Shown one piece after another: positions 25,481-38,895 of a stretch of DNA of 64,000 nucleotides; position 1 is the first letter of the stretch, and each line of letters begins with the position of its first letter. The translations under genes were made by a program, and so were the position numbers. Source of the stretch: Lama glama (Eukaryota); contig CM052816.1 in assembly GCA_028534125.1 (NCBI GenBank), positions 58,840,001-58,904,000 on the forward strand. The letters are read 5' to 3'. The notes beneath the pieces were generated by a model. It did no database searches and was not told where the DNA came from. It saw only the letters and a program-made list of their open reading frames with translations.

Positions 25481-26929
25481 CAGGAAATGCTGAAGGTATG
25501 ACTTGAGTTTTAGCAAGCAGCTTAATAGAATCATTTAGAAGGGAAGGCTGGAATATGGAAGAATGTGGGCTGTATAGAGGTAAGGTAGGTGGGTTAGGAC
25601 TATGTGTACCAAAGTAGTGTCAAATAATGGATTAGTGGGAACTTGAAGATCTGTGGGAGAGGACCTCAGGTCTTGCCCCGGTCTCAGGAACCTGGTTAAA
25701 ACACCTCTCGAGCAGAAAGAATATGGTTCAGATTTGCATTGATGCGAAGATGGAGAGAGAGTTACCACACCAGATTGATTAGTAGGTTTTGAAACACATG
25801 GTGAGCCATAGTTGATGCTCTGTGTCTGTTGTGCTAAACCAAGCATGGGGTGATGAAGGCCTGGCCGAGAATGGTGGCCATGGGAGTGGAGGATTGGATT
25901 CCAGAGACATTTGAAAAGAACGGTTGGCAGGATTTTGTGACCCCCTGGATACAGGTGATGAAGGAGAGGAAAGAGGCCCAACTAACTCAAGGTATGATAA
26001 TAAGATATGTTTTTACTGTAGAAAGGAAGAATAATTAAAAAAAATCCACTGTGAGCTAGTAACTCATTCTTTCCCAGAACTATTAGTAACTCTAATAGTT
26101 TGAATTTATATAGTTGTTTCTGTATATATTGAAGGGATAATAAAAATTTAGTAAAAATAATGATAGCAAATTGGCTCTTCCATCCTTAAAAGATTGCTAA
26201 TTAACCAATTAATGTGTTTCTGTTTGCATAAAAGCTGAGAGCTGAAGCCAAACGGTATATTAAGATCCGTTCAGATGCCACTTTTTGATGGTTTGCCAGT
26301 TGAATATTGATATGACTGGGTTTATTTATGAGGTTGCTGATAATTTGAATTGCCCCATGAAGGCTTGAGTTATTTTACAGAACCATCCTCTCCAGCTTAA
26401 CTAAATGACTTTAATCTTACCCCTCTGGAAGCAGTGACTTGTGGCCAAGTAGAGATTTCTGTCCCCTGCTGAAGATGCTCTCAGTGATCGGGCTGTGTGA
26501 GGGCTATGCCTGAAAGGCCTGCAGCTTTTTCCACTCCTCAGAGATTTTGCTAGGCTCCTGGGTGGTGTTCACCAAGTGGGAGGAGGCATGTTCCACTTTC
26601 TTAAGGGAAAAATGCTTTCAAGCACTTATTTATATAAGCACTCATTTACATATAATTGCTTTCCTACCCTAGTTTGAACTCAGGTATGTCCTTGAAAGGA
26701 ATGAACTTTATTGTTTTAAAAACTCAAATTTTGACTTTTCCAGTACTCCCTATAAAACTAGTCCAAGTTCATGAGTTTTACTATATATGTCATAATGTGC
26801 GTCTTATACTGGATTTGCTTATATAAGAACATCAGCCACCTAAATTGGGAGAAGAGTTTCCACTTCTCCTTGCCAAGTTCTGAACATGATGACATCTATT
26901 TAGGTTAGTTCAATAAGTATTACAACAGT

Positions 26930-27045
26930 AGGAACTTAGAGCTGGAATGGAAATTAGATATTATCTCGTCTGCTTCCTTCCTTTTTCATATGAAGGAACA
27001 GAGGTCTAAAGAGGTGAGTTATTTGGTCAAGTTCACACACGTAAC
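26930..27045 (-). mobile_element. MIR3-like fragment
   Basis: TTAGAGCTGGAATGGAAATTAGA..ACAGAGGTCTAAAGAGGTGAG. Confidence 0.5.
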
Positions 27046-27117
27046 ATGACACCTAACATGACAGGGAATCTATGGTCTCACTGCATCTTATCAGGTGGCA
27101 TATGATATGAGATATTC

Positions 27118-27237
27118 AGGAAGGAAGGGAAGAAGGAAGGAAAGAAAGAAAGAAGAAGGAAAAAAGGAAGGAAAGAAGGAAGAAAAGAAGGAAAGAAGGA
27201 AGGAAGGAAGGAAGGAAAGGGGGAGAAAGGAAGGAAA
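27118..27237. repeat. (GAAG/GAAA)n polypurine repeat
   Basis: About 120 bp of uninterrupted purines. Confidence 0.95.
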
Positions 27238-27319
27238 TGGATCAGTTTCTAGGCTCATCAATTTTTGTAATCCTACAACTTTTCTCTGTGTTCACTGTAC
27301 TTCTTGCTGATGTGCATCT

Positions 27320-28560
27320 TTTAAGAATTACTTTCATGTCTTTGGCAGATGAATTAGCTGGCTATGAAATTCTAGCTTAACAGTTTTTTTTCTCTTTCTC
27401 TGCACTTAAATAAACTTTTGGGGGAAATTATTCTAGATCTACAGAAAAATTGCAAAGATAACAGAGTTTTCCTATACACCTCACCCATTTTCTCCCTTAT
27501 GTTAACATTTTAGATGATCACCTCTCTTCACTTTAAAGATACTATTTCATCAGCTTATGGTATCTATGTTTGCTAATAAGGAATCTTCTGTCAGTACAGT
27601 TGTCACTCCATTTAAAATTATTTGCCTTTTCTCTCTGATAGGTTTTAAGACTGTCTCTTTACTTTTGATTTCTACTGTTTTACTTCAGTGTGTTCAAGTT
27701 TGGTTTTATTTTGTATTTATTAAGCTTAATATTTGGATTCTACTGATCTGACAGTTCACCAGATTTTCTCTCTTTAATTCTGGAAAATCATGAATAACAA
27801 TTTCTTTTCTATCATTCATTTCAGTTTATTCTTCTGAAATAACTGAATTCCTTTGGAATAATATTCTTTAATTTATTCCTATTCATTAAAATGTTGGAAT
27901 TTTTCAATCTATCTTCCATGTTTTGTAACTGCTCATTTAAACCAATCAGTCTATCTGTTTATCTATCTGTCATCTAGCCCTGCATCGAAGGGTGAACAAT
28001 TCAGTCCTGTTTATTGTATTTTGGGGGGGGGTAATTAGGTTTCTTTATTTATTTTTAATGGAGGTACTGCAGATTGAACCAGGATCTTGTGCATGCTAGG
28101 AATACACTCTACCACTGAGCTATACCTCCCCTACAGTTTATTGTATTTTTAATTCAATTACTATATATTTCTTTTCTTAATTTCTAATTGCTTCTTTAAA
28201 TATCCACCTATTCTTTTTTATTTTTTAACGTGTGTTGAAAAATTTTGTATTCCTCCACTGAGAAAAGTGTTTATGCTGCATTGTCTTTCTCTCTTTCTGT
28301 TTTTTTCCCCAAGAACTCAGTGTTTCTAATTTAAAGTCTTTGTTAAGCTGTCTATGAAATTAATTTTCCAGAGTGAATACATGTTTGTTAATTTTGTCAA
28401 TTTTCTTCCTTAGCAACCAATTATTGTTTTGGAATTTTTGTTTACTAGTGATTTTAGATAAGACTTTTTTGTTTTTCACATATCTTTCTCCCATCTTTCT
28501 CCATCTGCCTCTCTGTCCAGCATTTTTTGCAATCCCCTCCCTGACAACAGTTCTTCAGAT
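27320..28560 (-). mobile_element. Old L1M fragments (T-rich), with a nested SINE
   Basis: GCTGGCTATGAAATTCTAG, CTTTTCTCTCTGATAGGTTTTAAGA and AATTCTGGAAAAT motifs. Confidence 0.6.
28023..28131 (-). mobile_element. Camelid tRNA-derived SINE (vic-1-like), long form
   Basis: CTCTACCACTGAGCTATACCTCCCC; TSD GTTTATTGTATTTT at 28009-28022 and 28136-28149. Confidence 0.9.
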
Positions 28561-28699
28561 CCCTAATCTGTAATCAGGCTGCAAATTGCTAGTTGGGGTT
28601 CCTGCCACATGGTGATGGTGGAGTACCAAGAATCAGTCAAATGGCCATAAGCAGTTTGGCTCAGTTCTGGTTGCTAAGTCTGTCGGTTTTAAATCTACA

Positions 28700-28912
28700 G
28701 CTCATGCATTTTTAATGAAGGTGATATTGTCCCCAATAAGGCGAAAACTGATTTTTGGAGGGCAAATAATCTTATATACAGTGGCCCTTCAAAGCTCATC
28801 CCTATGCTTAAAATCTTATTTCTCAGCATTTAATTTCTCTCTTTAGAGAAAATTTAAATTAAACTTTTCTTATTAGGGGGATAATAATGAAAAAGAAGTT
28901 GAAAAACATTGT
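28700..28912. mobile_element. hAT-type MER fossil (subfamily not assigned)
   Basis: Ends ..GAAAAAGAAGTTGAAAAACATTG, similar to the reverse complement of a CAGTGTTTCTCAAC TIR. Confidence 0.5.
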
Positions 28913-30786
28913 TATAGCTCTAGGCAGAAGTCAGCTATGTTTTGTTTGGTCTACTTTCTTAGGTAGTGGGCCTTATCCCATATCATCTGTGGAACTTTTT
29001 AAACTCTCTGACCTTTGAAGAGCTGAGCTCCTGGCTAGCACAGATATAGCTTCAATTTTGCCTCTCAGTTTTGCAAGTCTGTTTCATGGAGATGTTTATC
29101 TTGTTTTTGAATCTGGAACCTTTCTGTCTTTTTATGTTTTATCACATATTATTATATATTTGGAGCATAAAGGGGGTGATCAAAGCATAAATTCATTGCA
29201 CCATCTTGATGGGAAGTCAGTATTTATTGTTTTGTTTAGCAACTACTACTCTAAAGTCTCTATGGCTTTTTTCCCCTAACTTAGATACTTACATAGAGTT
29301 ATAATGCTTATCTAAGACATAATACAGGAATGACCAGTTGATAGATGCAATTACATTTGGTCAGTTATCTGTGCTTTACTTCCTAGGTTAGCATTTTTGA
29401 GGTTTCTGAAGAATGTAGATCCTTTTTAGCTAGTATTATCTTCTCTGGGAGGTTCTGGGCTTTTGAGGTCCCATTCTTCTGCAGCTGGAAATTTATGGCG
29501 GAATCCCTCTAGGGTACTATTCCGTACATTCACCATCTGCTCTCTAGTAACATTTGCAGTTATACACCAAAAGACCTTCTTGCACTGTTTCAGTCTGGGA
29601 GAGCAGGAGGCTTCAGCCATTCACGTTTCACATGGCAGTATAGCACAGTGGTTTAAAGGGACAGGCTGTTCAGTCTTGGGATCTCTGTCTCTATCTCCTG
29701 GATTTAATGCATTTGGTTTTCAGAAGTGGCTGTCTCAAACTTTAGTAAGGTTTGCAGTGATTAACAAGACAATGGAATCTTTTTTTTTTTGATTAGAGAA
29801 AATTTTCTGACAAAATTTTTTGTTGTTTTCACATACCCACAATCATTTAGAAAGACATTAGAAAATACAGACAAGCAAAAATGAAAGAAAAATTGTTCAC
29901 AATTCTGACATCCATTTTGGTGGATATTCCTTTAGGCCCCAAAATGCATCTATATGTTTATAAATAATATACTACAATAAAAGTGATTATGCTGTAGTTA
30001 CTGGTAAAATATATATACTTCTCATTTATTAATGCAAGGTGAGTGTATTCCTCGGTCAATTACTTATGGACTCTACATTGTATTCTGTTTTATCAATTTC
30101 CTGTTTTAGACTATTTAGATTCTTTCCAATGTTCTATTTTAAATGATACCAAAGTGAATAAGATTATACATGTATTTTTGTTCAATTGTTAGTGTTGGAG
30201 GAGGTCATCAAGAGGATGTGACCGCTAGTTGACCCTTGAGCTGGAACCAGGCAATTAGAGGCTCCTTCCTCTTCCCTGACCACCCACCATTCCCATAGCT
30301 TCAAGGACGCAGCCTTGAGAGGGTAAGATGTTGGTGGAACTGTCTGGACTGAATATGTGACTGAACCATGATAAAGCCTCTTTATAAACTTTTTTAAAAA
30401 AATGAGCATTTGTGGCAAAATCCACGTTATTTAATATACGAAGTGCCACAGTGAATCGGTCCCCAGGGTGTGTCCTTACAGCTAAAGTTTGTGCCATGTT
30501 TAGATTGTTCAAGGACTTTATACCTTTCGATTCGATTCCAGAGGAACTTTCGTGGTACATGCTATTGAAATTTTCATTCATCTTCTTAAAAAGAAACTGA
30601 GAGGATTCATGGTTTGTCAAGGCATCTTCAAGGAACCTCAACATGTTTGGGGAGACCATGAATTCCAACAGAAGTAACAGAAGGTGAGGAGAGAGCGAGG
30701 GGGGCTGTGGCCGGGTGAAGGGCGGCTCCTTGGTCTTTAAGTACTGGATGGAAGGTAAATTCCAGGAGAGCTGTAGTGTCAGCTGC

Positions 30787-31286
30787 NNNNNNNNNNNNNN
30801 NNNNNNNNNNNNNNNNNNNNNNNNNNNNNNNNNNNNNNNNNNNNNNNNNNNNNNNNNNNNNNNNNNNNNNNNNNNNNNNNNNNNNNNNNNNNNNNNNNNN
30901 NNNNNNNNNNNNNNNNNNNNNNNNNNNNNNNNNNNNNNNNNNNNNNNNNNNNNNNNNNNNNNNNNNNNNNNNNNNNNNNNNNNNNNNNNNNNNNNNNNNN
31001 NNNNNNNNNNNNNNNNNNNNNNNNNNNNNNNNNNNNNNNNNNNNNNNNNNNNNNNNNNNNNNNNNNNNNNNNNNNNNNNNNNNNNNNNNNNNNNNNNNNN
31101 NNNNNNNNNNNNNNNNNNNNNNNNNNNNNNNNNNNNNNNNNNNNNNNNNNNNNNNNNNNNNNNNNNNNNNNNNNNNNNNNNNNNNNNNNNNNNNNNNNNN
31201 NNNNNNNNNNNNNNNNNNNNNNNNNNNNNNNNNNNNNNNNNNNNNNNNNNNNNNNNNNNNNNNNNNNNNNNNNNNNNNNNNNNNNN
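30787..31286. other. Assembly gap (500 N)
   Basis: Run of N. Confidence 1.
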
Positions 31287-31339
31287 TAGAACTTGAGTTG
31301 GGTCCCAAAGGGCAGTTAAGTGTGGGTGGATTTATAATA

Positions 31340-31495
31340 AAACAGATCTGGCTTCAGCTCCTAGATCTTGTTAATTCCAACGCTTGGACCCATTACTTTC
31401 CCTCTTGTGACCCCAATTTTCTTATCTGTGAAATGAGAAGAATAATACATCACTGTCACTGAGGATTAAATGAAATGATGACTATGAAGGACTTT
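31340..31495 (+). mobile_element. MIR fragment
   Basis: CAATTTTCTTATCTGTGAAATGAGAA..TGAGGATTAAATGA. Confidence 0.7.
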
Positions 31496-32294
31496 CTAAT
31501 GTTATTATTTATTATAAGTGGAAAAATCTCAGAAGAGTGACTGGAATTTTGATATTATTTTACAGTTGCTGTATAATAAGACAGTTTACCACATAGAAAG
31601 TATCTTGCTCCTCCAGTATTTGAAACTATACAGCAACAAGAAGTTCTGGGGCAGCAGTCATATGTTTAAGAACTGTTGTGTTCTAAGCTGAGAGCGAACT
31701 GAAAAAGGAACTAAAAGAGTGTATGTCAAATGCTGTATCTCATTCTCCTTTTGAGGTGGCTTTGCATCTAGAATGGTTGCAGGTCTGAGCTCCAGGGACA
31801 CTGAATGACTTGTTGGCAGCCCCACACGTTGTTTCCACAGTGCTTCCGTGTCCTCCGGGGCTGGTGAGGACGTGCTTATGCTCATCCTTAGAGGATGCAG
31901 GCTGTCCTAGAGAGATGGACGGTCATACCTCTTTCTTGTCAAAAATCAGATTGCATGAGATTCTTCATTTCCTGGGTAAGCAGAGAAGCTGGAAGCATAA
32001 GTAGAATGGAAAAATAACCTTTCCTTGTTTAGGTCCTGAGGAGGAGAAAATCTTCGTTGTCAGGAGGACAAGAAGAAAGATTGAATTGGACAGCTTGGAG
32101 TGTATTTTGGAGCATACATACATTGGTTGAGATAGAAGTATGGGTCTCCATGTTACATTTGGGAAGGGTTTATGCGCCGAGAGGATGGGCATGGGAGAGG
32201 GGGCTGGACCCTCGGGTTGGAGTGTAACAGAGTGGGTGTTCTGGGGCACCAGGTAGCACAGAGGAGTTAGACTGGAGCCAGAGAAGGCCGTTAC

Positions 32295-32470
32295 TGTGTG
32301 CAAGTGTACAAATACGTGTGAAAGTGCGTATCAGTATATGAGACTGTACGTGCGTGAGTGTGTTTGAGGATGTAAGAGTGTATGTGTAGGAGTCTGTGGC
32401 ACTGTCTGAGCATAGGTGAGTGAGTGTGTGAATATGAGTGTGTGTCTGTGCGTATGGGGATGTGTGTGTA
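32295..32470. repeat. Degenerate TG-rich low-complexity tract
   Basis: Decayed (TG)n. Confidence 0.7.
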
Positions 32471-32609
32471 TCCAGTCAATGGAAAGCTCCTGTATAAGAC
32501 CACTAGTAAAGGACTTCGCCAAACTTTTAACTGGGGTCCCTGGGTTTTTAGCTTACAACACTCTCTACTGTCAGCTTTACTGTGTTGTAGAAACTTTCTC
32601 CGGGGCAGG

Positions 32610-32830
32610 TTTAAGTGCAGGAACTCTGGAATCAGCCTGCCTGGAGGCCTTGTCTGTGGAAACTTGGGCAAGTAACTTAACCTCTCTGTCCGCGAGTTTC
32701 TTTGTCTCTAGAATGTGGATGACAAAAATAGTTCCTACCTCACAGAGTGATTGGGAGAGTAAAATATGTAAATGGATACGCGTTAAGGCATTTAGCATGG
32801 TGCATGGCACTTAATAAATGGTAAATGAAA
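32610..32830 (+). mobile_element. MIR SINE
   Basis: CTTGGGCAAGTAACTTAACCTCTCTG..CCTACCTCACAGAG..GCATTTAGCA. Confidence 0.8.
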
Positions 32831-32939
32831 GGTAACCACTATTCAAGTGTTGAGTAAAGGAAAACATGCCCACGCAGGCTGTCATTTGAAAAACCGCCTG
32901 CTTAATGTTTTGACCCATTAAAACATTCACATCAAAGAT

Positions 32940-33405
32940 CAAAATATATAACCAAGTGAAAGTTTCTCTTCACCCCATCCACTATTCCTATAGTTCTCAC
33001 ATTCCTATAAAACATAACCACCATTACTAGTTTCTTCCAACTCCTAGAAATATTTTGCTTTGTGCATGTGAAAGCAAATGCAAATATATTTTGATTTTTA
33101 CACAAATGACAGTGTATTACATACATTTTTTCTGTACTTTGTTTTTTCTTTTAAATTTAGGGAGCTCTTTCCTTATAGCTATAGAATAAACTTCCTCACT
33201 TTTTAAAAAAAATTTTAAAAAATGGAGGTACTGGGGATTGAACCTAGGACTTTATTATGCACGGTAAGCACATGCTCTACCCCTGAACTATTACCCTCCC
33301 CCCTCACTTTTTTTTTAAAGCTGCATAGTATTCTGTGGTTTAGGCTTGCAATAACTTATTTTCTCATCTGCTTTTGATGGCTACTTAGGTTGTCTGCAAT
33401 CTCTT
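32940..33405 (-). mobile_element. Old L1ME-like 3' fragment with nested SINE
   Basis: TAACCACCATTACTAGTTTCTT and GATGGCTACTTAGGTTGT motifs. Confidence 0.6.
33205..33301 (-). mobile_element. Camelid tRNA-derived SINE, short form
   Basis: TGGAGGTACTGGGGATTGAACCTAGGAC; TSD CCTCACTTTT at 33194 and 33302. Confidence 0.85.
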
Positions 33406-35452
33406 TCAGACTGTCTGATGTGATGTCTTTACAGCCTGTGTGCTGAGCAGAGCCGTCTTTCTGTGTGAAGCATTTCTAGAAGATTATCTACGTATTAGGG
33501 AGGAGATGGGGGAAGGTTCTTGTACCTCTTTTTATCCCGTCTGTTTGCTTTAGTCAACTGTAAGCAGGTCAGCTGAGACGGTCTTATGGGATTTGGGTTT
33601 TATACCATCAAGCTTCATGAATTCATACTTGTTCCTAGCATGGATGAAAACTTAGCCATTTGGAAATCACTTACGCATTTGCTGCCCTAAAAGGAGGAAA
33701 CAGTCCCTGGCGATTGACTAACTCTGGATTGACACTCCGGACTCAGGCCCTTTCCCAACAGAGTGTTGACTTGCCAGTAGAGGGCTCTCTCCTTTTGGGA
33801 AAAAATTAAACGTCTCCGGGAAAGGGTTTAAATGTAATACCCAGACACCAAGTATGGTGTTTCTCTCCTCTGTAGTTGGCTGCTGTGTCATTCCCCTGAA
33901 TGTTTAGGGATTAACTGAGTACAGCCTTTGTCAGTTTTTAGGGTGTGCTTATGTGTGAGGGGTTGTGGGGAGGAAACGAGTTCCCCAGGGGTTTTAGGGG
34001 AAGGCCTGTGATCTGACCCAGATTGGAGGATTAGAGCTTTTCCCATCTTTAGGATGTGAGGCATCCTGGCCTTGTTCTGTATTTTGAGATTAGAAAACAC
34101 TCATTCCTGCCAGGATCCCTGGGCTCTGTTTGAGACTTGTTAACAGCGCACTAACCCCTATTTATCAAGCCCTGTTTATATAACCCATATAACCTCGGTA
34201 ACTGCTCTGAGGCTGAGGTTCCCACCAAGTCAGGTGAAAATCCACCTGGGCGCTTTGGAGGGGAAGAGAAACAGAGTGGGGATTAATTGAGCATCTCCTG
34301 AGGTAGATCTGGACAGGTTGGGCCAGTATGCGCTATTTCTCTTCATTCTTGTCTGGTGGATTTTATTACTGTCCCCTGTACTCCCTCTGACTCCCGCACT
34401 TCCCCTGCCCCCCTTTCCAAAACAGTTCTGGAAGATGGTAAAGTGTATTTCCCAAAGTCACACAACTAGGAACTGCTACCTAGAAGCTAGTTCCCCTGCT
34501 GAAATTACATGGCTGGCCAACGTGACTATAGAATTCAAACTGTTTTCTAGCAGAACAACTCCCTCCCTGCAGGGCGGGACTGGCTTCACCCTGGTCTGAG
34601 GAGTCGAGGTCCCTGACTCACCTTTGGTAAGAAAAGTTCTCCCCTCGTTCTGACCTCTAGCCCAGTTGAGAACCAATTCAAAGCATTTTTCTTTTTCAGA
34701 TAAAGATAGAACAATGGATTTCTATTTTCTTTTATGTAGGGTACACCTAGGCTAATATTGAACAAGCTCCAAGGAAACAGAAGACACATGGGGTTTGAGA
34801 AACTGAGGGTAGAACTCGCTTCTTGGAAAAGGGCCTATTCTCAGCCCTGAGTCATTAAGCACAGGTGCACACACAGGTGTGTTCCTGCCCTCCCGCCACA
34901 GTTGTTCCCCTGGAGGGGTGGGGGCCCTCAGCGTGGTGGGCTTTTCCCAGGCCAAAGGGGGCCTCTCTCAGTCTTATTTTGGTTTGAGAAAGCAGCAGCA
35001 CAGAATGAAGAGAAAGGGGGAGGTAAAGCTGCTTAGATGCCGGTCAGGTGAATCCTGCTGGTGCTTCTCATGGCGTCCTGTGTAATTTTGCACAAGTAGA
35101 AAACAGGCTAATGGTTGCCGATTAGGTATAGCTGATTTAGATAAATACTCCCTTTTTTTTTTTTGAACTCAAGAATACTCTTTACACTGCTTTTACACTC
35201 AGTCTTGTTAGACTACCTTACAGGATTTTGAGAAACTATTTTTTTGCACTGATGACCTCATTTCCATTCACAGTGTTACCCATCTACCAAGCATGTGCCA
35301 ACAATGTTCATTTGTTCAAATCCCTCTAGGGTTACAATAAAAATACATGGAAGTTTCTAGCTGAAAAGGAATTATTCAAGGAATGGATGTTAAAAAGGAG
35401 TTACTGCTGACCTGTTCCCACAACTTGAAGAATCTGCACTGATGGCTTAGTC

Positions 35453-35638
35453 CAGGGGCTCTTGATCTGCAGTGTGTATTAGAATCACGTGGAGGGTTTG
35501 TCAAACCATAGCTTGCAGGACCCTGCCCCTGCAGTTTCTGATTCTTTAAGTCTAGCCTGGGCCCCCTATTTTGCTATTTTTAGCAAGTTTCCTGAGGGAT
35601 GCTGAATGATGCTGGAGACCGTACACTGAACATCACTG
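35453..35638. mobile_element. MER5A-like fossil
   Basis: ATTAGAATCACGTGGAGGGTTTG..AGTTTCTGATTC..AGCAAGTTTCC. Confidence 0.75.
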
Positions 35639-35724
35639 ACTCTGCTCTGTAAGGCGGAAAAGCTCAAAACAATAGAAATATTGCTACTTCTCCCCATCCC
35701 CTCCCTCCCATATCTGGTGAGAAG

Positions 35725-35970
35725 ACAGTGGTGAGGAGGGCAAGCTTTGGACTCAGAGAATCGCGTTGGGATTCCTCCTTCCCTGACACTTTCAACTGTG
35801 TGACCTTGGCCAATTTATTTAACTTTACAGTACTTCAGTTTTCTCATTTAAAAAGTGAGGATAATAGCATAGCGTCTATTCACTGAGCTGTTATGAGGAG
35901 TGAGACGATGGGCAGAACTGGTTTAGATCATACACTATACTAGACATATAGCCTGTGTACACTGAGTAGT
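35725..35970 (+). mobile_element. MIR SINE
   Basis: CTGTGTGACCTTGGCCAATTTATTTAAC..TCAGTTTTCTCATTT. Confidence 0.75.
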
Positions 35971-36386
35971 AGCGCTTCTTCTTAAGAGTTCTTGTGTATC
36001 TCTGAAGTAGCTTATTAAATTTACCAAAAAGAGACTAAAGTAAAAACAATGAGATATGCGCTACAAGGCATGATGACTTTAAATAATTGAATAATTGGGG
36101 AGTTTTCTTTTTTCTTTTTTAAGAAGCTCTAAAGTCCCCACTTAGAAAGTACAGCCCAGGCATTACCAATCATTATTATTATTATCTGAGGTGAAAAGAA
36201 AGCTCGAGGCCTCTGAGCACATCAGTCCTAGAGGGTGGTGGGGTGGTGGGGGTGGGGGTGGGGAGAGTTAGAAAGAAGATTACAGGGTAACTTTAAAAAA
36301 AAATGAAACTCAAAATCTTCCCAGCTGTAGGAATAGGCAAGGCTGTTTCAAGGTTTTAAATTTGGTCTTGAAAATTCCCACCCTTT

Positions 36387-36446
36387 GCAAAATCATCTCC
36401 CTTCCTAGCCTGCCAGGCAAAATCATCTCCCTTCCTAGCCTGCCAG
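36387..36446. repeat. Perfect 2 x 30-bp tandem duplication
   Basis: GCAAAATCATCTCCCTTCCTAGCCTGCCAG twice, no mismatch. Confidence 0.97.
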
Positions 36447-38669
36447 GGTAATGGAAATTCCCACTCCTTCAGTTTAAGGCTGTGTGTCTCTGGAATGCAA
36501 ATTGTATTTTCGAGGAGTAATAGTGCATTAATCCAATAATACTCACTAACTCTTTCAGATTAGATTATATTAGATTAGCTAGGTGTTACCTTGGAAAATA
36601 CAGTGCTGTGCCCTGAGGGAGTAAGACACCGAAGAAGCTGACTTGGAGGAAAGATCTGGAGTCTGGGGCTCAGTGGGAACTTCGGGCAGCCAAGGGCACT
36701 GGGGGGCAGGAGAGAACTGCTGGTTACCAGCTCAGAGGCTGCTCAGGCCGCCGGGGAGAGTTCCGGCTGGGCTTTCCAGCTCCCTGCAAACTTGGCCCTA
36801 CAGTTTCTGTGTAAGGCTGTGTTTGGACAATTGCTTCTCCTCTTCAGTGGTGAAATTCGGGAGGACGGTTTCTGCTATAGACTTCTTGGCAGCAGTATCA
36901 CCTACCCTCCAAGCCCCTCTCCCCGTGTCTTGTGTGGAGAGCCACTCATCCTGAAAAATAGAAAAACCCCGTTCTAGTTGTTTAAGTGAAGCCCAGCCAA
37001 GAGGTGGCTGCTTCGGGGCGTTTAGACAGAGAGATAAGCCAGTGAGGTTTTCCCCCTTCTCCACTTCTGATGATGACTAAGTCACCTGGAGCCGATGTTG
37101 CATAATCCTTATCCTCCTATCATGGGAAATCCTGAGACGACAGTAATATTGAGACTTACTGAAGGGCAAGCTACGACTTTGTTTCATTTTAATAGCTTGT
37201 GCTGACTGGGAATCTTAAATTCCACCAAATGTTTTCAGTGACATTTTCCTGGCTAACCTATTGGATAGAATTTGAGCATGAGGCCAGCTTCTCACTTGAA
37301 TAGCAGCACATAGGCTCACTTGCCTAACTTCATGACGGAAGCACCAGGCATCCTGCATCTGATTGTAAAGCTGGGAGACCGAAGTGTCATTCTGTAGCCT
37401 CTTTCGGATTCTCTGGCTTTGCTGCAGGCTGGTTGTGTCCTGCTAGGGGTCCTCCTTCCTCCCAGCTCGGGGTAGCTGGGCAGCCTTCCATTTGAAATCT
37501 TAAGTAAACTAACGTCCACTTGCAATGCCCAATGACGGAGCGAGGCTCTCAGATCGGGTGATGGGACGGAAGGGCAGGGGCAGGGTAAGTTCAGGTCCAG
37601 CTGGTCTGATTTTAGACTTCAGCCCTGCCCTGTTCTCACTTGGCAAGTAGGGACAGCATGGAAAGGAGGTTATCGCTGTGGCCAGTGTCCTTAGCCCATA
37701 CTGGGTTTGTGTTTGGAAGGTGAGCTCCTGTGGAGGGGGCCTGGTGGAGAGGGAGATGGGGACAAGGATAAGCTGAGACTATCCAGGGGACTAAGCAGCT
37801 TGTCACGGTGTTGACTGGCTGTGTGCATAAGGGTACACTAATACAGAATAGGGACATTGAAAAGTCATGATAGAGTAAGAGGATTAGAAAAATGGAAGAT
37901 ATTTTGAATGAGTCACTTAGTGGCTTCCAGTACTGTTGTGTTCATATCCAACGGTCCTGTGGGCACTTCCTAGCAATAACCTCCCCAAACCTAGATCTGA
38001 ATAAAGAAGCCCCACCTTAGCTCTGGAAGGACACTGATCAGTGGAGTTAGAGTTGGGAGTTAGGCCAGGTGGCCAATGAGTTTCTTGTAAAGTCTAAGAT
38101 TCTCTGAATTATCCCGGACTTCTACGGTGAAATTTTCTAATCACCTTTGCAGGTAAAACTACAAATGACATTAATCACAATGGCTACACCTTCCCCCTGA
38201 GAATGGCTCTCTTTGGTGCCTGGAGTCATTGCAGAAATGAATGCATATGGGCTCTCTTGGGCCAATCTTTTAGAGAAGCTGGAGGCAGTTTGGTTGAAGG
38301 CTTTATGTCCTGTTCCTGGATGTGACCCTGACATGCTAATAAGGATCAGGCAGAATGTTACTGCCCTTGATGAATTGTCCCTCCAGGAGGAATCTTCTTT
38401 ATTTAAAGCAGAACGGTTCATAGTTTGTCAGAAGAAACATACTAAATAAGTCTTGCAGAAGGAAAAGGCCACTGAAATGGCTTTCATGTGCTTCTTAGAA
38501 TCAAAAGTCTCACGTATGACATAGGTTGAATTCATGAGGTTTGGGGAAAGTAGGTTTTCAATAGAAATATTTTATTACATGCACAGAAGGAATCATTCCA
38601 AATCCAAATACTATTCTAGCCTGTTACGTTACCCTCTCCAGGACCATCTATCTCAACATGAAAACTTCT

Positions 38670-38830
38670 TTCAGATGCTTAATAATATATAAATTATTTA
38701 AATATATTATTTAACCCTCACAGAATCACCGTGAGGTGGATTTTATTGACTCTTTTTTACAGATAAAGCTCAGAGAAATATATTGTTCAAGGTACCACAG
38801 CAAAGCAGTTATAGGGTGTTCCTTTCCACT
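38670..38830 (-). mobile_element. MIR fragment
   Basis: TTTAACCCTCACA..GTGAGGTGGA..TTTTACAGATAAAGCTCAGAGA. Confidence 0.55.
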
Positions 38831-38895
38831 ACCCCTGGCTCTTTTATTCTGTTGGCTCTGACCGGTCTACTGCCACTTACAATTACTCTTTAAAA

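Noticed and set aside
30255..30668. 137-aa ORF considered as a possible retrocopy
   Set aside because: No recognisable protein, poly(A) tail or TSD
30628..31462. Long ORFs of 193-228 aa
   Set aside because: Artefacts of translating through the 500-N gap
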